A model generated the notes under the pieces. That model was given only the letters and a program-made list of their open reading frames with translations. It had not been told where the DNA came from and did no database searches. A DNA stretch of 64,000 bases from Asterias rubens. Taxonomy: Eukaryota. The translations under genes were made by a program, and so were the position numbers. This document shows, piece by piece, positions 36,601-48,400 of the stretch; the stretch's first letter is position 1, and each line of letters opens with the position of its first letter. The stretch spans positions 2,294,001-2,358,000 of the forward strand of contig NC_047064.1 of the NCBI RefSeq assembly GCF_902459465.1, given 5' to 3'.

Positions 36601-39600
36601 GCCTTGGTAAATGGCAACACAAGCCAGACATGCCATGAAAATTATTTAAGTGATAAAAAAGACCACTTTTAAGAATTGTTTATCTTCTTGGGAGATGAAA
36701 TATCAGCTTAACTATTTTGAATCTTTCTTTCCAGTATGTGGGGATCAAGGCCCACATGAATCTGAAGAGCACGACCGTCAAACTTCTTGATGAAGAGCGC
36801 CCTCTCCCTCAGCTTCTTAATCTATCCGTTACTGATCTGACTGCTGATTTCAATCAGAGACCATCTGCAGAGGCCATCAAGTAAGATAGTACTGGGTTTA
36901 CACTTCTCTGAATTAGTCTTGTTTCAAGTCTGTTTTGTTACCGTTGCTTGTTGTGGCCGAGCGGTCTAGTTCACCGGATCTAAGCTCTGGTGTTGTCAGC
37001 AGTAGAGTGTGGGTTTGAATCCTGGTCATGAAACTTGTGCCCTTGAGCAAGGCACTTTTGCTTTGTAAAAGGTTGGGATGGTAGTTCATTCTGCTCTACC
37101 AGCCAGGCTCCTAGTGGATGATACCCATGCCTACATTTTTATAGGCTTTAAAGGGGGTAACCCTGTTTTAGCCCTAGGTATAGGTGGTAAAGTGCCCCTG
37201 CTCGCATCTATTTTAGTCAACAGTCTTAATCGGTTATGTGTAGCCCTCATCTTGGTGTGGCCATTCAGCTGTGTGATGTTGAGCGATTTCTCAGAATAAT
37301 TTATTTTTCATCACTTTGGTTGAAACACTTTTTTTTTAAATAAACTAAAACTCACTTTAAAGTTGTCGTGATTCTCCAAAAAAATGTTCTTGTGTTCTCA
37401 AGCTGTTTAAGGAAATGTATTTGCTCACCAAAAGTTCCCAGCAGGACACCAGTCCCAATAGTTTCTACTACACAGCGTTTTGGCTGGTGACCTTTTCCTG
37501 CTAAGCAAGATGTACGTTGTGCTTACCTACTGTTTTACATTTTAATAGTGAGTTGACTTAGTAGCTTAGGACAAGTTGTCCCTTGGCCTCCTTGGATAAA
37601 CCGTCCCCATTCAAGTTTGTTTGTAGCTAGTTGCTCTGCCTCACAAAGTGGAATTCAGACATCGTCATGGACTTCATCCTCGTTGGCGTGGTGTGAAGAA
37701 ACTTGTGAAGTAGGCCTGGTTGGGTAGCCTAACAGTGAATAAATGAGATTTTGAATAAGTTTGTACAAAAAGTGTTTTTTACTTATACATTTATTCAGGT
37801 TGGATTTGAAATTGGATGACTTCAGTGTATTTGGCACCCCCTTGGAACAAGGCAAGATCCCTCAATTGGTGGAGTCACAGAACCTTGAAGCAGACAAGCA
37901 ATATGCGTTAGTCAGCCTGTTGGTGGAGGTTAACCCATCGGATGGCAAGGCTGATCAGAGGATTAGATTGAATACTAGACCCATCAAGATTGCTTATGAT
38001 GCTGTGAGTATACATATTTAATGCAGAACACAATTTGTCTACTCTTGCAACTTAATTTTTTTTGGCTAATGCCAATAGGATACTTTGCAGCGCTAGGTGG
38101 CAGCAGACTTACCAGGTAAATGTCCATTGTTTACATAGTTCTGAGCATGCGTACATTACCGAGAACAATGAATTTTACCTGGTGAGTCTGCTGCCACCAA
38201 GTGTCACGAAAGTCCCCTATTGTCTTAACATCATCGTATTTGTACTCGGGTCAAAGACAATCAGCAGGTGATATGTTCCCAACTGTCTTAGCTCAGAAGC
38301 AGCATCGTCTTGAAAAGGCAATCGCCGCCTTTTTTGTGTCATCGTAATGTCGATCTGAGAGAGGCTTTAACTTTTCCAATACAAGAAATTCAAACAATTC
38401 ATTTTCAATATTGTCTTTGAATCGAATCAAGCTTTGACAGTATTTCTTTGTCTGTTCCACATAGAATACCATCAACCAGATTGCCAAGTTCTTTGAGCCG
38501 CCCAAGGATATTCATCTAGATGAGTAAGTGTCTATTAAGGAAGAAGCGCTAATTCAAAATAAGTTGTTATTGTTATTGATATTATAACTCAGTAGAGATC
38601 TGTGATTGTACAAACGTACCAAATTAAAAGAGATTGATAGTTGCACCTGACTTTGTATCATCCTTCAGATGGGATGTAAAGTCCTTGGTCCCAAATTGTG
38701 TAATTTGTTTTTATGATTTGGGGTTTAACAGAGACAAATTGACTAGAGTGGGATTTGAACCAACGACCTCGGGATTAACATGCCACAGTCTTATGTACCA
38801 ACTGAGATACCTATTCCTATGCAGGTAGTCTCCTATCTTTGTTTCTATTATTGCACAAACATGCATGTCTGGAATTTCATCATAGAAAGGGCAAGGCCAT
38901 TTTCATTAAGCGAAGGGCGAAGGGCAATGCCATTTTCATTAAGCGAAGGGCGAAGGGCAATGCCATTTTCATTAAGCGAAGGGCGAAGGGCAATGCCATA
39001 TTCATTTTTTAAAGGGCACTTCATTTGGATAGCCCTGAAGTCAATGGGAAACTTTTGAAGGGGCACAAAGGCCGAGACCAGGGGCATCGAAGGTCATGAC
39101 CTCCGTGGCCTGCATGTAATTTAAGGCCTGAACGTATGTTAACATTGATGTACCCAAATTCACCCCTACTTTTCACTCTGTTGTTGGCTTTTTTTCTCTG
39201 TACCAGTTTATCCTCAGCAGCGGTATCGTCCCTTGGTGAGTTCACAGTGCAGTCTTCCACCGGCATGCAGTATCTGGTTGATAATAAGAGCATCTTAGAT
39301 GTCTGTATCGATCTCAAGCCATCTTATATCATCATACCAGAGAATGGAGTCAATGATGGGTGAGCAAGAATCTTAAATATAAAATAAAAAAAGTTATGAT
39401 AAGAAAAAAGAATTGCTGTTTCAAACTACTTACCTAGCAGAATTGAAAGACCTTCGAGAAAGACTCTGCTAGGGTTGAAACGAAGAGAAAAAAAAACTGT
39501 TTGGTGACACCACTGTTTCCTACTTTGTGTCCATCTAGGACTGGTAGTGCCTTGATAGTTGATCTTGGTAATCTAAAGTTGAACACGGTGAACGAGGAAA

Positions 39601-42600
39601 GACATGAAGAACCACGACGAGAGGTAAGAAGCATCAACAAGATTTCTTATATTCAGGCTTTAGTCTTACTACTTTAGTCTGATTTCTGATTTTCTGATAT
39701 TTTCAGGGCCCTTCCTGTTATACAGTGTTTTTTTTACCAAATAAGTAAGATTTGAAACTTTGCATGTTGTGAGTATAATAATAACAATAATAATAGTGGT
39801 TTCTTATATAGCACTCAGGTCCGTCATGCAGTGACGCTCATGATGCTTCAACATTATTACCCCTGGTCACTGGGCCTTAAAACATTCCTTAAACCATCTT
39901 AGCTCCGTGTGGATTATACAGCCTTTGCCGCCAAATATGTAGCGCACTAAGCTAATCAGTCACAAGAACCAACTTTGCCCTCACATGTACCCATTTACAC
40001 CTGGGTGGAGAGGAGCTTATGGTTAAGTGTCTTGCTCAAGGACACAAGTTTCATGACAGGGATTCGAACCCAGAACAGAAACATCAGAGCTTGATTTCGG
40101 TCCTCTTATCCGCTCGGCCATGACACTCCAACGGGGTATTATCAGTTGCGGAGTTGCGGGGTATAATCAGTCTTTTGAGTAGGGTTGTAATGTTAGCTGA
40201 AGGTTCTTTTTATAACCAACACTACTCAAAGGAGATTTACACACTGCTACCACAAACCTCACCTAATTATAAACCAAATAATACAAATAATAATACAATA
40301 ACATATTTCTGTGCAGAATGAATCTTTGGATGATTTAATGAAGAAGGCTTATGATGTGTTCAACATTGAGCTTCAATCAGTACAGGTTATCCTGGCTGCT
40401 GCAGGTGAGTAACCAACCCCTGCTTCCATCTGTCCATGTGTCGACTTATGTGATTGGTCAATTAGCATCCGATTATCTGTACTTCTCTGTGTCAATCCCT
40501 CCTATTGGTCATTTAACATATATACATCATCACTTCCCTCAATACATTAAAATCAAGTTTTAAAAAATGGGAAAATTCCAACTTTAAATAAATAAAACAA
40601 AATTCCATAAAATCTAAATTTACTGTTGGAGGTTGTTATGTGACCGCAACACCATGTGTATATCTACTTGCTGGGTAAATTATTTTCATTTTAAAACTTG
40701 TCTTGCTATTAATAAATTAATTCTACTACCGCAGAGTAGATTTTTTCGGAAATCAGGAGACTTCTCTAATCCCTTAGAGTAGATTTTTGGAATTCAGGAG
40801 CCCTCTCAGTTCTAAAAAGAACTGTCCTGCTTCATAACTACTACTTGGGTGGAAGGGAGGAAGTCGACCGGGACGACTACTTTCACTCCTTGAATCGAGG
40901 GGATTTCTTGTTATTAACTTCACGTTAGGTAGCGGAAGGTACATATATGACATCGGCCAGGACTACTGCTTTCGCTCAGTGGATCGAGGAGACTTCTCGT
41001 TATTAACTTGACTGTATGTTCTTTGTATCAGGTGATGACTGGGGTGAAGCCAGGAAGCTTGGAGGGTCACCTCTTCATCTGTTGCAGCCACTGGATCTCA
41101 AGGTTGGACTTCATAAATGCTTTGTGGAAGATTCTAGACTCGCCCAGTAAGTTTAAGTCTTATAAGTTTGTTTTTTTTACTCTCACACCGATGTGTAATA
41201 AGCAGTGTATACTTGGTACTTTCCTGAGTTCTTTTGAAAACAAATCCACATCGGTGAAAGGGGAAAAATCGCATTGTGATCTTTATCCCTTGATGCAAAA
41301 ATTAACATCTATTCATAAATACCTAAGACAGTTTATCCATTCTGATTGGTCTAAAGGGCATCACGAGGTTTTGTTTGAACAGATGATATAACACCAGTAA
41401 AAAGTGTTATAACATGGGCGTGACACGCGCGCTTGCACCTGTGCGTATAAGACAGTTTCTTCATTCCTATTGGTCGAGAGCAACGGCCCGGACAGTTGTG
41501 CCACGTCATGCGATACGCGGTATGCCCACATCATTCCCTTATAAGGAGTTGTTTACCCGATCGGGCCGAGGGCCTAACCATTTCATAGCTGGAGGGGTGT
41601 TGTGTTGAAAGAAATCATTGAATAATTATAATTTTTGCATTTATTTTACCTTTTGACCAAAAAGTGTTGATGTTTTTTGACCGAAAAGGTATTTATGAAT
41701 GGGAATCAAAGTGTGTTGAATCGGTTTACAACTAGTGGTTTAAACTCGCGAGGCCTGGTTCGTGATAATTCACCTTGACTTCGTCTCGGTAAAATTATCA
41801 AGTCCAGGCCTCGGCGCGGGTTTAAACCACTAGTTGAAAACCTCTTCACCACACATTGATTCCCTTATTACATTTAGCCTTCTCAGAAGCAATATCATAG
41901 TGTCAACAGAGTATCTAGCAAGGGCGTATTAGCCAATGGGAGACTTTTCTGATCATTGGGTGGCAGCAGAGTAAACCCATTGTTCTCGTAGATGTGCGCA
42001 TCCTCAGAACTACGTAAACAATGGTAATTTACCTGGTGAATCTACTACTATCTAGCACTCTAAAACCGTTTACACGACAGTTACTGGTTGAATGGCATCT
42101 GACCCGGCACCATCAAACCAAGAGATATTGACAGAATAGAGATATTGCCAACATAGGGCTAGATAGCTCAGTTGGAAGATCGACTCCAACTTTATTTGGA
42201 TGTCATTGACGCAAGTCCGCTCTAGTCAATTTGTCTTTGTTCGACTGCAAATAAATATTTGTTGATGAAATGAAAAAATTTTTTTCCCAAACATTCAACT
42301 CTAGACAGAAACGTAGTATTGTATATGACAAAAATGTCAATAAAGGGTTTTTAAGTGTTAAAATTTAACGGTTAAGTTGTCAATTTCAATTAATTTATTG
42401 TCCATCTAAAAGATAAAATTTGCAAATTTACATATCTAAACATTAATGAAAGCTCCAAACCAGAACACTAAAAAATACAGTTATAATGATAAAACTAGAT
42501 TTACACATACAATTTTACAGCGAAAAAAATAATTTATTAAATTTTTAATGCAACAATAAAACCCAACGTTGATTACACCCAACTCAGGATTAAGATAACA

Positions 42601-45427
42601 GGAGAGCTGCCCGATGTGACTGTGGACGTGTCCGACTACAAACTTCAAGAGCTTCTGAAACTGGCTCTGAGTATCCCGGTCCCCGAGTTAAGCAAAGAAC
42701 CTGAGGAGAAGTTCTCAAGGGTAAGTCACATCTTCCATCTTGAGAGATTGCATTCATTGGGGTGTACATGTTGGTTGAGTTACTGGTAAGAAGCTAGATG
42801 GAAGAGGTTTTGGTGTTTGACAGGGAAAAGACCGTGCAAGTCTCGCGTATATTGGAATTTTTGTGTGATTATTTTGGTCCCTTTGGTAACTTGTGAAGGA
42901 AACAATACGCGCAAGACTTGCACAGTCTCTTGTGCCTTTGATGGTAAAAGCATGGAATGGAATTAAGCATGCTGTTACAATACATCATGAGAAGGATGTT
43001 TGGACAATCTGCCGTGGCCCTACAGACAAATCGTTTTCTTGTGACATATTCTGACTGGGTGCCAAGTTCCATTTCATGTTTGTATTATCTTAGGCAAAAT
43101 CCCATCACCTGCCTGCAGACCTAATCCCTGGTAACTTCAACATAAGCCTGTGTTTTCACATTGTGGTATCATTGGTACTCTGTAGATAGGAGATTTGTTT
43201 TAGACTTGTCGCTCTAGAACGGTAATACATGTAGGTTGGGTTGTAGCATGGAGCTTCCGAGTAACTGTTTTTGTTGATCATTAAACCCAAAGTTGAATAT
43301 ATGTAGCATTTGCATAGATTTATTATATCGCCCTCACTGAGGTAAAAACACACCAACCTATTATTGACTGAGAATTATGCGCAGACTATGGTGGACTTTT
43401 GAGATGCAGGGAATTTATCCATTATATCTGCCGCTGTATCTTGTATCTAAAGTCCGATATCAGGCAGCTATTGGATTTCATATTCACACTGAAATCCAGC
43501 GTCTTGTTCAGCCTATGTACATGACGCTGGACTATTTATTGTTTGAAAAGAAAAGGGTGTGATAAAAATTGACCCTAAATTGCAAAAATGCTAGATTGAA
43601 ATTTGCCACATTTCCAGATATCTTTTGGATTTCTTATTCAGACCGCAATCTTAAAGTCCAGCGTCTTGTTCAGCCTATGTACATGATGCTGGACACTTTT
43701 TTTTTAAAAGAAGAGGATTTGAAAGAAATTAACCTAAAATTGCAAAACTGGTAATTTAGAATTTGCCACATTCCCAGAGATCTGCCATTGCAATATGTGT
43801 ACTGTCTGTAACCTCCCCATTGTTATACAGGACAAGCTGTTTGTATCCTCCGATCAGTCCCTGGGTGTAGCCATCGATGGCTCTCTATCTGTAGTAAGTT
43901 TTGAACGACCAAATGATAGCTCCGACTCGGATGAGTATTTTACAGCCAGCGAGATCTTTTTTGACCAGGCAAGAGTCAATACTAGCTCAACGAATGGATA
44001 TCCATTTGTGGTTTTTGTTTCTAATCGTTTCTTTTCTGTTCCACTTGATTGCATTTTGGCCTGACACCATAACGCTCACTTGTTTTTTTAACCATCCAAC
44101 GTTTGTGACCTGACTTCCCTTATAACAGATTTATGAAGGAAATCATTCAGAGATAATTGGGGGTTTGAAATAATACATGTATGACATACAGAGCCATCCA
44201 TGTTTGCTAGATCTTAAGAGGATGTCAGGCAATTTACAGGCAACCAGCTCCAGGCAGTTTTCTCATTATTTTCTTGGGGACAGTGTTTTATAAGCTTCTG
44301 GGGTCGATTTCACAAAGAGTTAGGACTCGTCTTATCTCAAGTTAGGACGAGTAACTCGTCCTAACTTAGGATTAATCTTAAGGTCTGCATGCTACAGTGC
44401 AGGTTTGGGACTCGTCCCAAAGTCCTAAGATTAGTCTTAAGTTAGGAAGAGTTTTGTGAAATCGACGGCTGTGCTGCCCAAGTTGTTTCTTTTGCATACA
44501 GTTTAACTGGTTGCCTCTATGTTGCTTACAAAAACTTGCCCGGTGTAACATGGCCGTAAGGAAAAGTGTGACACCATCACCATGAGGTGTTGTCAGTCTA
44601 AAAAAAAGACTTAGGCCACTTTCATTTTGCGAAGGGCACTTTCACTGCAAAATCATGAATCCTGTGGGAAACTTTTGAAGGGGCACCAAGGCCAAGACCA
44701 GGGGCAACAGAGGCCATACTGTAGTAATCTGTTTGGTTTTGCTGCAAATCTTTTGATTCTGTGAAACTATGGAATCTTTTTAAAAAAATATTTAAAATAA
44801 TAATTTACGAGTGGTGTTTGTTCCTTCAACATCATGAAGTGTTCTATGTGTTGATGGAACGTCGACTGTTGCTACTTTCAGACTGGTGTGGGAGGTCAGG
44901 TCACACTTGCAGATAAGTTTCTTGCTGATCATGCGGTGCTGGTTTTATTTCTAACATGCTGAGACATAACCCTACTAAATAATTAAGTTTATCTAACTAC
45001 ATGTAGCATTAACAGTGCTGGCTCGGCAGTGGTTCGTCATGCTTTTTCTTGTTCAAAAGTATGAGTGAATCAAATTCACTGGAATTCATTCGTCCTCAGC
45101 CAAATTTAGTGTTTGTAATTTCAAATGTCTCGATAGTTCAAACTTAAGTTGGCAACAAACGTTACTAGAGATCCCCTCTTTGCCTTTATTATTCATTTTT
45201 TCCATGAACTAAAATAACTAATGATGACAATAATAACTAACTCAATTCAAGAATACAATTATTTCAATACTCTCATAAAAGAATAACAACAGTTACATTT
45301 ATTACGGAGTAAAGCAAAACATTTTTTTATGTAAGAGTAAACATGAATAAATAAGTAGAGTACGGGGCCGTTTTGGTAAGCATAAGCTTGTAAAAAACAG
45401 CCAGACAGACAAGAAAACGAGACAACC

Positions 45428-45464
<37 letters not shown>

Positions 45465-48400
45465 TAAGACAGACAAACAGACAAAAAGGACAGATGAACA
45501 TAATACATGACACAACGAATTTGTAATAGAAGCGACAAGATGGCAGAACAGTTTAAGCTGAAAATAAATAAGACAAGTATTGAAGAGATGGATGTGGTTC
45601 AATTACATTGGATGGGAAGCTAGGATACATAATGGGAGATAATGTCACGTTTGAAAGCAGACTTAAAAAGACTCACGGACCGCTTAGATCTAATGCGTTC
45701 ATCTATGGCATTCCACACACACAATACCTAGTTCTTATATAGCCCTCTTTACACTAAAATACCAATGCAATTTACATCAGTGCCCTGTAACTTTCCTGAT
45801 ATCTTTTTCAGCTCCCTAGGGAGTATAGCAGCCCGGGCTGTTGTGATACTCCAAGACTTTTTCAAACACAACATCAACCTCTACCCTCGCAGACACCCAT
45901 TTATACCCCTGTTTGAAGAGAAGCATTGATGTTAAGGATGTTGCTCAAGACTGCATCATGTCCGAGATTCGAACCCACGATGACTTGACCAAAAGAGCTT
46001 GAAAACGGTGCCATTTTTGGCAGTCATTGATTCCAATCATTCCTATGACAAGAGCGTAAACCAGTGATATCCATTCAATCCTTACTCTTTGGCTTGTACT
46101 TTGCTGCTTATCTCTCTTGCAAATTAACCCTTGTAAAATATAACACCAATATCTCTTCAGTAGTATTTATTCTTGTCATGAACAGAGGAGTTTTAAATGC
46201 ATTTATCAAAAGAACTAACGTCAGCGATTCATTTTAGATATAAAAATTTCACAACGACTGCTGAAGCTATGAATGAAAAACAATTTCAGGCACAAATAAT
46301 ACAAAAATAGTTCACCCACTTGCTTCTTCACGTGTAGCCTAAATGATAACATATTCACACACAAAAAAAGTGAGGGGTGCCTATTTTAATCCACTTTGAT
46401 TAAAAACATTTCCCGAAAGATCTTAAAAGAAGCAAAGCTTTAAAAACAAAACATTGCTTAAAGTTTTCTTTTCTTTTAGTTACATTATTAATCTATGGCG
46501 ACTTTTTATTTTTCCCTTTTTGTTTTTTCCTCAGTCTCCATAAAATGGTGAATGTTAGAAAAACAGACTACAGTGTAATAACTTCCCATAATAAGCTCAA
46601 ACCAGAGTGTATAATTCATATAACTGGCACAGTAACCATAAAAGGCATAACCAAAAGAAATTCAGTTTCGGAAAGAAATAAAGCAATAACATTTAACATC
46701 TTTGTATCATGACACAATTAGTCAAACCTACAGCATTTGAGATTTATGTTGACTCTTGCCTGGATTGTCCTGAGCCTTTTTATCACTATAAGTGGCAGCA
46801 GACATACTGCATTTTTCTATTATTTAGAGAAAAATTATTTTACCTGGCAAGTCTGCTTATACCTTGGGCTGACAAAAGTCTCAAATTTTACAAAGCTCTT
46901 AAGGTCGTGAGGCTACTGGGTACGACAAATTATTGCTAAGCAGATTCGGGTTGAAAGCCAGAATCCTATTGGATAACTCATGTGTTTGGCTGGTTCAATG
47001 CTGATTGCTGCTTAGCGTTTAATTTTGGTTAGCCGCTGAGTGACTTTATAAAATTGGGCTCAGGATTTTTAAAGAAAATAAAGCATGTGTGATATCAAAA
47101 GTTATTTTCAAACAAACTTGGAACAGCTTAAATTCCTCAGACAATAAGACATGTCGCATGATTCAGGCCAAGCTGTTCAGTGCATAGTTACTTAAGAGGT
47201 GGCGAACACCCAAACTTAATTCTGAATGAATGTGTATGGCACAAATGTATCACAGTTTCAGTAAAGATGTTCATTGTACCAATTCCTATAATGTATATGG
47301 ATGAAAAATAATTCTAATTATTAACGGAGAAAACCAGCTGTAATGACATGCCATGAAGCCACTAGTGTAGTGGTGAAACGTCACTGACAAATTTGTGAGT
47401 TTGTTCTCCATTTTTCATCTTTGTTATCGGAATTGGTATAAGGACATTCCGAATGAGTATTCAAGATGGTACATGAGTTTGCTCTGTGCCATAGCAACTG
47501 TCTCTATTGACCCCTTGCACGCGCGTCACACACGGCGACTGATGCCACGCTCACCATGTTGGTGGGCAGTTAGGTTTACGTGTATTAACGCCGCATCGCC
47601 TAAAATGTGTTATATACGAAAACGCACAGTGAAGTTGCCCACCAGTATGGGGCACTCAAGATTTTTCTGATGATGACGTCAGGTGAAATGGGTCAATAGT
47701 CTGAGGACTTTAAATTTAAGTGGTAACTTTAGACAAAGCAAGTCATTGTACAAGACGTTATTTAAATCTAACTCGCAAATGGTGTATTGCTTTGGCCAAG
47801 GCATTATCAGGGGCCAATTTCATAGCGCTGCTAAGCACACAAATTTGCTTGGCATGAAATTTTGGCCTCGATAAAAACAGAATTACCAACCAAATTTCCA
47901 CGTGGTTTTGAGGATAAACAAACAACAGTTGAATACAAGTAACAATCAGTATGCAAAAAATGGAAATATGGTTGGTAATCCTGTTTTTATCAAGGAAGAA
48001 GTTTCATGCTAAGCAAATTTGTGTGCTTAGCAGCGCTATGAAATTGGGCCCAGATCTATTGAATTTATTGAAGAGAAATGAAACCAACTGATATTTTAAT
48101 AAATGTTTTGTTGATATTTCACGTTTAACAGTGTTTCCTTATTTACAAACCATAAAAATTACATTTTCTTTCTTTGTTAAAATATGGAAATATTTCCATG
48201 TACATCTTATTGAAGTTTAACATTGTTTGATGGTTGTGTTTGTTTCCTAATCCCACTGAACTTAAGTTCAAACTGTTCATTTTATAGCTGCCACTGACGC
48301 TGTTCTGCAGAAAGTTCCATAAAAATATACTAATCTTCCCATGTTATTTGGAAATCTTCCTGGCTATGGAAACTTTGACCCTATTTTGTTGAATGTACAT

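Noticed and set aside
38780-39087. Repeat proteins [11 protein letters not shown] / [11 protein letters not shown]
   Set aside because: Translation of the 33-bp minisatellite inside a MITE; no splice signals link it to VPS13.
43960-43975. Second FFAT core IFFDQ
   Set aside because: Gln at position 5 is incompatible with the FFAT consensus, which needs a small residue.
45259-45602. ORFs with VCLSVCLS repeats
   Set aside because: Translation of the (CAGA)n microsatellite.
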